Part shown: positions 19,606 through 28,417 of the stretch, in pieces
Layout: the number at the start of each line of letters is the position of its first letter
Position numbering within the stretch: position 1 is the first letter of the stretch
Assembly (NCBI GenBank): GCA_030834185.1
Contig: JAURFT010000003.1
Coordinates: forward strand, 1,848-65,847
Reading direction: 5' to 3'
Source: Candidatus Nanopelagicales bacterium
Lineage (GTDB): Bacteria; Actinomycetota; Actinomycetes; S36-B12; UBA5976
DNA: 64,000 bases
Position numbers and translations under genes: made by a program
The notes under the pieces: model-generated
Told to the model about the DNA's origin: nothing
Seen by the model: only the letters and a program-made list of their open reading frames with translations
Database searches by the model: none

Positions 19606-20333
19606 TTAAGTAAACCTGGCGCAAGCCTAACTTCAGTTACTTCACCGGCTGTTTTTTCAATCAAATAAGCAGCAGGTGAAGTAACTGGATCTAGATTTAA
19701 GCGGTCCGTAATTACTTCAACAGCAACTTCATCTTCATAAAGAATGCCAACTCGATCATCAGTTGCATAGACACGATCAAAAATATTTGTTTTAACCAAT
19801 TCGTGAACTAGCGGACGACGCTGAGCCTCTGAGTCATAATGCACGCCATTGCCAAACGGCAGCAGACCAAGTGCATTGGTAACTGGCTCTAACTTGGGCC
19901 CAAATGAATCAGTTGGTCCTCCAAGATGCCAACAAATCGAACCTGCGCTTACTCCACCTAAAATCTTTCCTGCTTCATAAGCTTCACGCATTGCGATATC
20001 AACGCCATGTAGCTGCCAAACAGAAAGCAAATTAGCAACTGATCCGCCACCAACCCAGATGACATCTGATTTCAAAATATGTTCACGAACCGGGGCATTG
20101 GGCTGCGTAAAAAGCTGTAGATGGGTAACGTCACAACCAAGTTCACTCATGGCTGCGTAAGAACGAGTCAAGTAGGCTGGATCATCTCCGCTGGCAGTGT
20201 GCACAAAGCAGATTCTTGGCCGCTGTTTACCGGTTAGTTCCAGCATTTTTAAAACAGTTTCTCCAGGCACCACAGATGTCCATCTATCAGTTGGCAGAAA
20301 GCCACCACTAGTTGCCATGATTCGACGCTTCAT
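19602..20333 (-). CDS. Peptidase E-like (S51 family) protein
   Basis: Ser-nucleophile context GGVSAGSICW and a downstream HYDSE. The start overlaps the stop of the upstream oxidoreductase. Confidence 0.7.
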   Translation of the reverse strand: MKRRIMATSGGFLPTDRWTSVVPGETVLKMLELTGKQRPRICFVHTASGDDPAYLTRSYAAMSELGCDVTHLQLFTQPNAPVREHILKSDVIWVGGGSVANLLSVWQLHGVDIAMREAYEAGKILGGVSAGSICWHLGGPTDSFGPKLEPVTNALGLLPFGNGVHYDSEAQRRPLVHELVKTNIFDRVYATDDRVGILYEDEVAVEVITDRLNLDPVTSPAAYLIEKTAGEVTEVRLAPGLLN

Positions 20334-21565
20334 TACTTCACATCCTTTAGTTGTTGAAATAATATTAAATCTGCAGCTTCGGAACCTGCAGCTATTGCAC
20401 CATTAATAGATGGAGTTGTAATGCCATCAGATGCAATATAAATCTGCTCTGCTGCTAGATGGGAATATTGCTTAGCTAATGAAGCATCAAACTGGGGTAG
20501 CGCCTTTGCGATTTGATAACATTTAATTAGTTGCAGGTCTGCGGGATTTAAGGTGTGCAACAAGGCAGCATGATCTGCTGCTGCACTGGACTGAGTATCT
20601 CCATACAGGCCAATGGCAGAAGCTGAGACCAAGTCATATCCAGTTGGCGCATAACTTCGGGCGGCATCAGTTAGCACAACTGAGTTAGCTAATAAACCAG
20701 GAGTAGTTGAGCCATCAACAGCCAGCAGTTTTGTTCTCGGTCCTCGATTTCGATGTTTTAATGCAAAATACCAAGTAGTCACACTTTTCATTGCTGCTGC
20801 TGGCTGATTCAGCAGCTGCGCTGTGGTTACTGGATCTGTTGCAACGACAATGTATTTTGGATTCCAAGACTTGCTTGTTGTTTTAACTTCACCTTTTGAA
20901 ATCGAAGTAACTTCAGTCTCAAAATCAATTAGGTCGGTTAAGCCTTTTGATAATTGAGTTGGTATTTCTTGCATGCCATATTTTGGAATGCCAGGTGAGC
21001 CGAGTAAAAAATACCTGAGCACTTGATCCAGCCAGCGCCGCGATACTTGCAGATCTTTATCCAAGAACACACCAGAAAGAAATGGCATGAGCAGTTCTTG
21101 TAAAAGCACTTCATTATTCACCGCGCCAATCAGTGCCCCTTTAGCTGAAACATCTGCCCGAGTTGCCAGTGAATCTGAATTTGAAGCTAAAGTTGCAATG
21201 CTGTATTTACCAAAGTCGAATAGCGCTTTTTTGTCAAAATGTTTGATGAAACTATATGAGTTTGCGATGCTGTTTCCAATTTCTATAACTTCATCATCAA
21301 GTAAAACCCGAATACCTTTGCGGAATTTTCGCAATTGCAGATCGCTCAAATTCAAAACTGATTTTGCTGCAGGGTAGGCTGGATTAAATAGTTGAAATCC
21401 ATGATCTAGTCGATAGCCATCAATTACATCAGTTTTAATTCGACCGCCAATTTTGTTGCTAGCTTCAAGAATTTTCACTGCCAAGCCGGCTCTAGTTAGT
21501 ACTTTTGCTGCAGTTAATCCAGCAAGTCCTGCGCCAACTACAACTACATCTGGCTGCGAACTCAT
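20333..21565 (-). CDS. FAD/NAD(P)-dependent amine-oxidase-like oxidoreductase
   Basis: N-terminal Rossmann fold VVVVGAGLAGLTAAKVL...LEASNKIGGR. Confidence 0.7.
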   Translation of the reverse strand: MSSQPDVVVVGAGLAGLTAAKVLTRAGLAVKILEASNKIGGRIKTDVIDGYRLDHGFQLFNPAYPAAKSVLNLSDLQLRKFRKGIRVLLDDEVIEIGNSIANSYSFIKHFDKKALFDFGKYSIATLASNSDSLATRADVSAKGALIGAVNNEVLLQELLMPFLSGVFLDKDLQVSRRWLDQVLRYFLLGSPGIPKYGMQEIPTQLSKGLTDLIDFETEVTSISKGEVKTTSKSWNPKYIVVATDPVTTAQLLNQPAAAMKSVTTWYFALKHRNRGPRTKLLAVDGSTTPGLLANSVVLTDAARSYAPTGYDLVSASAIGLYGDTQSSAAADHAALLHTLNPADLQLIKCYQIAKALPQFDASLAKQYSHLAAEQIYIASDGITTPSINGAIAAGSEAADLILFQQLKDVK

Positions 21566-22458
21566 TTGATTAAAGCGGACTTTAAGGCTTGGGCAATAGT
21601 TGGATGCTCAAAGCCAAAACCATTTCGCTGCAATACCGCTGGAATTACGCGAGAGCTACCAAGGACTTCTTGACTAAATTCCCCAAGTGCGGTTTTTAAA
21701 ATTAGGCTTGGAACTCCAATAGGCAGCATTGGCCTGTGTAACAATTTTGCCAGAGTTTTACTTACTTCATGGTTGGTCACTGGATTTGGTGCAGTTAAAT
21801 TAACTGGGCCAGATATCTCAGTTTTCTCGATTAGATATCTGATTGCGTTTATCTCATCGGTTAGCGAGATAAATGACCAGTATTGATCTCCGTTGCCAAG
21901 TGGCGAACCTAACCCAAATTTAAACAAAGGAACAAGCTTTGCCAGCGCACCACCTTTAGTGCTCATCACAAGTCCAGTTCGAGGGTGAACAACTCGAATC
22001 CCAGCATCACGTGCAGCATCAGCAGCAAGCTCCCAATCCCGCACAACTTCAGGCAAGAATCCAGCTGCACTGGCAGCTGTTTCATCAACTTTATTATCAC
22101 CGGTGTCGCCATACCAACCAATTGCAGATGCGCTGATAAGAACTTTAGGTTTGTCTGTTAATGCTGCAAGTGATCGAGCTATGGTTTGAGTACCTTGGAT
22201 TCGAGAATCTCGAATCTGCTTTTTATATTCAGAACTCCATCGCTTATCGCCAACGCCAGCGCCAGCAAGATGGACAACAGCATCTAAGTTTTCTAGCAAG
22301 GCTAGATTTTCTACTCCCTGAACTGGATCCCAACGAATCTCAGTTGCTGTGGCGACCGGTCTGCGGACCAATTTCAGCACTTGGATGTTAGCTGCAGCAA
22401 AAGAATCGCAGAGCGCTGCGCCAATCAGACCGGATGCACCAGTTACTGCAATTCGCAC
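21562..22458 (-). CDS. TIGR01777-family epimerase-like SDR (DUF1731 C-terminus)
   Basis: MRIAVTGASGLIG Rossmann start, about 298 aa. Same position as Rv2216 next to the E2 gene. Confidence 0.75.
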   Translation of the reverse strand: MRIAVTGASGLIGAALCDSFAAANIQVLKLVRRPVATATEIRWDPVQGVENLALLENLDAVVHLAGAGVGDKRWSSEYKKQIRDSRIQGTQTIARSLAALTDKPKVLISASAIGWYGDTGDNKVDETAASAAGFLPEVVRDWELAADAARDAGIRVVHPRTGLVMSTKGGALAKLVPLFKFGLGSPLGNGDQYWSFISLTDEINAIRYLIEKTEISGPVNLTAPNPVTNHEVSKTLAKLLHRPMLPIGVPSLILKTALGEFSQEVLGSSRVIPAVLQRNGFGFEHPTIAQALKSALIK

Positions 22459-23855
22459 TACAGTCCTAAATCAGCTTCGAAAGCGCCTGCTTCTAGTCTG
22501 GCTTTTAATGCAGATAGATATCTTGCGGCATCTGCGCCATCTACAAACCTATGGTCGTAGGAGAGCGACAAGTAGCACATTGATCGAATAGCTATTGATT
22601 CCGCACCAGTTTCATCTGAGACAACCGCTGGGCGCTTCACAACTGCACCAAGGCCCAAGATGGCACCGTTAGGCTGATTGATAATTGGAGTATCAAACAA
22701 TGCGCCACGGCTACCGGTATTTGTGATTGTGAAGGTACTGCCAGATAACTCATCTGGAGCTACTTGGGATTTACGAGTGCGTTCGGCGAGTTCAGCAATT
22801 CGTCGGCTGATTCCGGCGATTGAAAGATCTCCAACATTTCGCATGACTGGCACTAATAGACCACGCTCAGTATCAACGGCAATGCCAATATGTTCAGCAT
22901 CGTGATATGTAATTGTGCCAGCTTCAATATCCATTGATGCATTCACAATTGGATGCGCTTTTAAGCCTTCAACTGCAGCTTTAACAAAAAATGGCATGAA
23001 ACTTAACTTTGCACCTTCACGAGATTCGAAATCGCGCTTAACCATGTCACGAAGTCGAGCAATTCTGGTGATATCAACTTCAACAACTGTGGTTAGCTGC
23101 GCGCTTACCTGTAGTGACTCAACCATGCGTTGTGCAATTACTTTACGTAATCTAGACATGTTTTCGGTGCGACCACGCAACGGAGATTCTTGGATCGCTG
23201 CCGGAGCTGGTGTTGTAGCAGCAGCTGCTGCCTGCGGTGCAGCTGAACCAGCTGCTGCTTGAACGTCGGTTTTACGGATTCTTCCACCAACGCCAGTGCC
23301 AACTACTTTGTCTAGATTTACACCTAATTCATCTGCCATTTTTCGCACTAGCGGAGTTACATACGCGCCAGCGCTTACGGCTGGATCGGTATCGGCAACT
23401 GGAGTTGCTGCAGGAGCAGGTGCAGGAACTGCTGCAACTGGAGTTGGTGCAGGAGCAGGTGTTTGAGCAGGTGTTGGCGCTGGAGCAGGAGTTGCGGCAA
23501 CTGGAGTTGGTGCCGGGACTGGTTTAGGAGCTGGAACTGGAGCGGCCGCAACTGGAGTTGGAGCAGCTGGAGTTGGCGCAGGTGCAGGTATTGGAGCCAC
23601 TGGGGTAGCAGCACCGTTAGCTGCACCAATTACAGCAAGATCTGCGCCTACCAAAACGACTGCGTCAGTTGGAGCTAAAATTTCTAGTAGCACACCCGCA
23701 ACAGGAGCGGGAATCTCAGTATCAACTTTGTCAGTAGATACTTCTAACAATGGCTCATCCATTTCAACAGTGTCACCAACATTTTTCAACCATCTGGTCA
23801 CGGTGCCTTCAGTTACTGATTCGCCTAACGCTGGCATTACAACTCGTTGCGACAT
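22458..23855 (-). CDS. sucB: Dihydrolipoamide acyl(succinyl)transferase E2
   Basis: One lipoyl domain ([14 protein letters not shown]), a long Pro/Ala linker, a peripheral-subunit-binding domain ([13 protein letters not shown]) and the catalytic DHRFVDG motif. Confidence 0.9.
   Translation of the reverse strand: MSQRVVMPALGESVTEGTVTRWLKNVGDTVEMDEPLLEVSTDKVDTEIPAPVAGVLLEILAPTDAVVLVGADLAVIGAANGAATPVAPIPAPAPTPAAPTPVAAAPVPAPKPVPAPTPVAATPAPAPTPAQTPAPAPTPVAAVPAPAPAATPVADTDPAVSAGAYVTPLVRKMADELGVNLDKVVGTGVGGRIRKTDVQAAAGSAAPQAAAAATTPAPAAIQESPLRGRTENMSRLRKVIAQRMVESLQVSAQLTTVVEVDITRIARLRDMVKRDFESREGAKLSFMPFFVKAAVEGLKAHPIVNASMDIEAGTITYHDAEHIGIAVDTERGLLVPVMRNVGDLSIAGISRRIAELAERTRKSQVAPDELSGSTFTITNTGSRGALFDTPIINQPNGAILGLGAVVKRPAVVSDETGAESIAIRSMCYLSLSYDHRFVDGADAARYLSALKARLEAGAFEADLGL
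23380..23625 (-). repeat. Low-complexity internal DNA repeats encoding the Pro-Ala-Thr-Val linker of E2
   Basis: CAACTGGAGTTGG recurs three times (about 23435, 23500 and 23549) among GCAGGAGCAGGTG-type units. It encodes reiterated PAPTPVAA. Confidence 0.8.
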
Positions 23856-23894
23856 CTTTTCTTCCCTTCAACCTGTTATGGGTAACTCTATTAG

Positions 23895-25283
23895 TTAGTC
23901 ATGGACGTGTAGCGGCTTGCCGGCAAGCGCCATATGCGCCTCACCCATAGCCTCTGAAACCGTTGGATGGGCATGCAGCAGCGGAGCAACATCCTCAGGC
24001 ATTGCTTCCCAGTTGTAGATAAGTTGGGCTTCGGCGATCATCTCGCCGGCACGAGCTCCAACCATATGAATGCCAACAACAGGCCCATTTTTCTCACGAA
24101 TTAGTTTGATTAACCCTGCCGACTTTAAAATTTGAGTCTTACCGTTGCCAGCTAGGTCATATTTAAATGTGGCGATGTTTTCAGCACCAAATTTTTCAAC
24201 AGCCTGCGCTTCAGTAAGGCCCATCGATGCTACTTCTGGATCGCAGTAGGTGACTCTTGGAACACCTGCGTAATCAATTGGACGAGGATTTAAGCCAGCA
24301 ATCAATTCTGCTACCAAAATACCTTCTTGGAAGCCAACATGTGCAAGTTGTGGTCCTGGAATCAGATCCCCAACAGCAAAAACATTGGGCAAGTTGGTTC
24401 GACAGAATTGATCTACTGCAACGTGCTCGCCAGCAAACTCAACACCTACTTCTTCATAACCCATTCCTCGCGAACTTGGGCCGCGACCTACTGCAACAAG
24501 TAATAGGTCTGCCTCAAATTCCTTGCCATCTTCTAAAGTTACTTTCACACCAGCTGCAGATTTTGTAACAGATTGAAATCTAACTCCAACATTAAATTTG
24601 ATACCAACTCGGCGAAATGCCTTTTCTAATCCTTTGCTCATATCTGGATCATCGGCTGGAATTAATCTTGGCAACGCTTCAATGATTGTTACATCAGAGC
24701 CCAACGCATTCCAAGCACCGGCGAACTCCACACCAATTACGCCGCCGCCCAAGATAATTGTTCGAGCAGGGACGTGATCTAGATTTAAGCCATGCTCTGA
24801 GGTGATTACTTTTTCACCATCTATTTCAAGGCCAGGTAACGAACGAGAGTAGGAACCAGTTGCCAACACCACGTTTTTACCTTGCAGCTGCGTTCCGTTA
24901 ACCTCAACTGTATTTGCTGAGATTAATTTTCCGGCACCTTCAAAGTAGGTAACACCGCGATGTTTTACTAATCCTTGCAAGCCTTTGAAAAGTCGGCTAA
25001 CAACACCATCTTTATAGGAATTTACTGCAGCCATATCAATGCCAGTTAGGGTTGAGTTGATTCCAAATTCAGCAGAGTGTCGAACGGTATGAGCGACTTC
25101 ACCGGCATGCAGCAACGCTTTAGTAGGGATACAGCCTCGATGCAAGCAGGTGCCACCTAATTTGTCCTTCTCAACTAGCGCAACTTTTAACCCAAGCTGA
25201 CTAGCCCGCAGGGCACATGCATATCCGCCTGATCCGCCGCCAAGGATTACAACGTCAAAGAGTTCAGCCACAACTTCCTCCAA
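23895..25283 (-). CDS. lpdA: Dihydrolipoyl dehydrogenase E3
   Basis: FAD fold VVILGGGSGGY, redox-active disulfide GGTCLHRGCIPTK and the C-terminal HAHPTVSE motif. Confidence 0.95.
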   Translation of the reverse strand: MEEVVAELFDVVILGGGSGGYACALRASQLGLKVALVEKDKLGGTCLHRGCIPTKALLHAGEVAHTVRHSAEFGINSTLTGIDMAAVNSYKDGVVSRLFKGLQGLVKHRGVTYFEGAGKLISANTVEVNGTQLQGKNVVLATGSYSRSLPGLEIDGEKVITSEHGLNLDHVPARTIILGGGVIGVEFAGAWNALGSDVTIIEALPRLIPADDPDMSKGLEKAFRRVGIKFNVGVRFQSVTKSAAGVKVTLEDGKEFEADLLLVAVGRGPSSRGMGYEEVGVEFAGEHVAVDQFCRTNLPNVFAVGDLIPGPQLAHVGFQEGILVAELIAGLNPRPIDYAGVPRVTYCDPEVASMGLTEAQAVEKFGAENIATFKYDLAGNGKTQILKSAGLIKLIREKNGPVVGIHMVGARAGEMIAEAQLIYNWEAMPEDVAPLLHAHPTVSEAMGEAHMALAGKPLHVHD

Positions 25284-25360
25284 CTAAAATTTAGACCTAA
25301 TCCTCTCAGACCACCCAATTGAACTAGTGGCCAGATTGGCTACAGCAGCTGTTGCCTTAG

Positions 25361-26839
25361 TCACTTATTGGAAATGCGCCGGGCGAGCTCGACCATGGTC
25401 CGAATCGCAAAGCCAGTTGCGCCAATTGTGTTGTAGGCGTAAGCGGTGCCCTGGTTGTAGGCAGGTCCTGCAATATCTAGATGCACCCATGGCGTTTGCT
25501 TTGCGACAAACTCGCGTAAAAAGATGCCAGCTAACTGCATTCCGCCACCTTTTCCAGAGCCAATATTGGCAAGATCAGCGACCGACGAGTTAATCTCGTT
25601 GCGAAGAAATTCTGGCAACGGCATCGGCCACATATCCTCGCCAGCAGCTTGGGCTGCAGCATGCACTTCAGATCTAAAATCATCATTATTGGCCATAATC
25701 GCAGCAGTTCTAAGGCCCATACCTAAAACTTGGGCACCAGTTAAGGTCGCGATATCAATTATGTAATTAGGTTTGGTCTCGGCAGCTTTCACTAAGGCAT
25801 CTGCAAGAACAAGTCTGCCTTCAGCATCAGTGTTTAATACCTCAACAGTTTTGCCACCATAAATCTTCAAGACATCGCCAGGTCTGGTCGCGGTGCCGCT
25901 TGGCATATTTTCAGCTAACGCTGCCCAAGCGGTGACATGAACTTTTAAACCTAGTTCTGCAATTGCAATTATTGAAGCTACAACTGCGCCAGCACCGCTC
26001 ATATCAAATTTCATGTCATGCATATTTAAGCCAGGCTTAAGTGAAATTCCTCCAGTATCAAAAGTGATGCCCTTACCTACTAGCGCTACATGTTGTTTTG
26101 CGCCTTTTGGTTTGTATTCCAACTTCAACAATCTAGGTGGGCGAGATGATCCTTGGCCCACTCCCATGATGCCACCAAAACCTTCGGCAACTAATTTCTT
26201 TTCATCCCAGATTGCTGCGGTTATTGGTTTTGCCACAATGGCTTTTTTGACTCTGGCAACAAATTCAGCAGGCGGCAGGTGACTTGGTGGTGTGTTTCCT
26301 AAATCACGTGCAAAATGAATTGCCGATACCAGCTTGCTAATTTCAGTTGCCAGAAACTTACTGGCATGTGCTGAAAAAATCGTAAAACTGCTTACTGGAA
26401 GTTTCTGATCTGCTAATGATGAATTTCTAAATTCGTTGAAAGCATAAGCTGCAATCATGGCGCCTTCAGCAACTGCAACCGCATCTTGATCGTTAAGGTC
26501 GCGCAGTGCGTAGCTAACTTTTTTATTTCCAGCCAAATTTCGAGTTACATCTCCGGTGAGCTGACGAAGCTGCTCAGTTGAAGTCTCAGCACCAATTCCA
26601 ACTGCCAAAATAGATGTCGCACTGGCAATACCTGTGCCAGGAATTCTGGTTTGCTCTCCGTGTTTGCCCGTTGCGCCAAGCGCGCTCAGGGTGGTGATCA
26701 ATTTCTTTGCTTGAGCTGCAGTGATCGAGCGTGGCAGCACTTTGAGCTTGGAATCTACCGCTGAGATGCCCACCACTAAAACATCACCTGCGGCGGCAGC
26801 TGGGGCAGCGTTACTGAATTTTAAAGTTGGATTTGTCAT
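25361..26839 (-). CDS. pepA: Leucyl aminopeptidase (M17)
   Basis: M17 signature NTDAEGRLVLADAL and metal ligands in the VGKGITFDTGG block. Confidence 0.9.
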   Translation of the reverse strand: MTNPTLKFSNAAPAAAAGDVLVVGISAVDSKLKVLPRSITAAQAKKLITTLSALGATGKHGEQTRIPGTGIASATSILAVGIGAETSTEQLRQLTGDVTRNLAGNKKVSYALRDLNDQDAVAVAEGAMIAAYAFNEFRNSSLADQKLPVSSFTIFSAHASKFLATEISKLVSAIHFARDLGNTPPSHLPPAEFVARVKKAIVAKPITAAIWDEKKLVAEGFGGIMGVGQGSSRPPRLLKLEYKPKGAKQHVALVGKGITFDTGGISLKPGLNMHDMKFDMSGAGAVVASIIAIAELGLKVHVTAWAALAENMPSGTATRPGDVLKIYGGKTVEVLNTDAEGRLVLADALVKAAETKPNYIIDIATLTGAQVLGMGLRTAAIMANNDDFRSEVHAAAQAAGEDMWPMPLPEFLRNEINSSVADLANIGSGKGGGMQLAGIFLREFVAKQTPWVHLDIAGPAYNQGTAYAYNTIGATGFAIRTMVELARRISNK

Positions 26840-26876
26840 GACCCAAGCCTAGAGAAAATTTGGCATGGATGCAGGT

Positions 26877-27632
26877 TTAACTGCGAAGCAATAAAGCTGC
26901 AGTTCTCGCAAGACTGATTCCGGCTATGGCAGAGAGCCCATCCCCAGTAGCCACCTGATTGGCGGTGAGTGAAATCCAGTTTCGATGCCGGAAAATCTGC
27001 CCGCCAGCTGCTGATCTGGGCGTGTCAACCACAAAGAGCCAAGATCTTGCAGCTATTGAATTCTCATAAATAATCGATGCTGCCAACAGTGCTCTGGTGC
27101 CATCGATGATCACTGGGGTTTTTCTGCTCATCGCCGTTGCGATCTGCACCGCGAGCTCAACTATTGGCTCAACATCAAAAATTTCAATCAACTGCCAAAT
27201 ATCTACAGCATTCACCTGCTGATACAAGTTTTGCAAGGCAGCTATATCTGCCGACCAAAGCGCATCATCACTTGCACTAAAGCCACGAAGCTGAATGAAA
27301 TCTTTACCAGTAATCACGCGTGCAAATAGATACTCCACATTTGATAACTCATCACCAGCTGCAAAAGCAACAAGATCGGATGCGATAGGGGGTTTGTCAA
27401 AGATCTCGATGGAATTTGAATTGGCAGCCGCTGTTGTAAAGGCTGATGGATTAGCAATCACCAAAACTGTCTCTCTAGCTTGTGAATTTGTGGCAGCTAA
27501 CTCAGCTGCGAATCCAGCTAAAGCACCTGGAATGCCATCGAATTTCTTCATGGTGTCGCGTCTAGCAGCAGAATCTGCAAGCGAAATTTCTTCACACAGA
27601 GCGATTAGCTTGGCCAACTGTGGTGAACTCAC
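26877..27632 (-). CDS. CobT-like (nicotinate-nucleotide:DMB phosphoribosyltransferase-like) protein, short and divergent
   Basis: 251 aa versus about 350 for CobT. The C-terminal half resembles CobT (PVIIDGTRALLAAS versus PVLLDGFxSxAAAL; ATGDGLSAIAG versus RLGEGSGAALA). The ADHG and ELGxxNTT blocks are not recognisable. ATGA overlap with the upstream ECF S gene. Confidence 0.5.
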   Translation of the reverse strand: MSSPQLAKLIALCEEISLADSAARRDTMKKFDGIPGALAGFAAELAATNSQARETVLVIANPSAFTTAAANSNSIEIFDKPPIASDLVAFAAGDELSNVEYLFARVITGKDFIQLRGFSASDDALWSADIAALQNLYQQVNAVDIWQLIEIFDVEPIVELAVQIATAMSRKTPVIIDGTRALLAASIIYENSIAARSWLFVVDTPRSAAGGQIFRHRNWISLTANQVATGDGLSAIAGISLARTAALLLRS

Positions 27633-28417
27633 TTTACCTCCGCAACAAACTGAGCAGGTCTTGTAATCCGTCGAAGTGTACGCAGCATAGGCCTTGCGAC
27701 AACAAGCACGATCATAAAAGTAATAACAGCACGAGGAATATCAAAAGATAAACTAGTAACAACTGAAAATGAGACCAGTTTGACTAAATTGGTTCCAATT
27801 GATTCGCCAGGCACAAATGCAATTGCCAAATCACCTACAGCAGCAGTTGGCCAGAACCATAAATTTAATAGCAGCCCCACTGCAACCGCACTAATTGCGC
27901 CATAGGTTGCAAGCAAGGGAATTTCAAATTTGTTCTTTGAAATTGGAATCAGCCCAGCAAACAATCCAACCCAACCTGCAGCGAACATTTGAAACGGCAG
28001 CCAAGGGCCAATACCGCCAGTTATCAGAGCACTGCTTGCCATTCCTAAGCTGCCAGCACTAAATCCAATTACAGGTCCTAATGCGCGACCTGCAATCACA
28101 ATAAATGCCCACATTGGCTCAACTCCAAAAGCATGCGCTCCAATAACTCTTGCAGCTGCAATCAACGCAGAAAGTAATCCAAGTAATGCAATAGATTTAG
28201 AATTTAACGAACCAGCAGAAATTGCCGTTAGCACAACGAGCAATGCGATCGAGATAATAACTGCAGTGAGCACTGGGGCTAGCGATGCCGAGATTCCGGA
28301 GGCATTTGTAACAATTAAGGGCCAGCCAAAAGCAATTACCCCAACTAAAGAACCTAAAAATAGTAACGCAGGAGTTATGGCTAGATTAACTTTAGCCAGC
28401 AAGCTTGATGGCATCAA
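27629..28417 (-). CDS. ECF transporter substrate-specific (S) component
   Basis: 262 aa with about 6-7 TM segments. Lies in an operon with a duplicated EcfA and EcfT, and shows the actinobacterial ECF-S pattern GPWLPFQMFAAGWVG. Confidence 0.7.
   Translation of the reverse strand: MMPSSLLAKVNLAITPALLFLGSLVGVIAFGWPLIVTNASGISASLAPVLTAVIISIALLVVLTAISAGSLNSKSIALLGLLSALIAAARVIGAHAFGVEPMWAFIVIAGRALGPVIGFSAGSLGMASSALITGGIGPWLPFQMFAAGWVGLFAGLIPISKNKFEIPLLATYGAISAVAVGLLLNLWFWPTAAVGDLAIAFVPGESIGTNLVKLVSFSVVTSLSFDIPRAVITFMIVLVVARPMLRTLRRITRPAQFVAEVK

Noticed and set aside
23237-23678. Three overlapping ORFs (23237-23527 +, 23375-23629 -, 23463-23678 +) with repetitive Leu/Gln/Trp-rich translations, and CRISPR-like periodic DNA
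   Set aside because: They lie entirely inside the Pro/Ala linker of the E2 gene. The periodicity comes from repeated PAPTPVAA codons. There are no unique spacers, no conserved repeat ends and no cas genes, so this is not a CRISPR array or a set of real genes.
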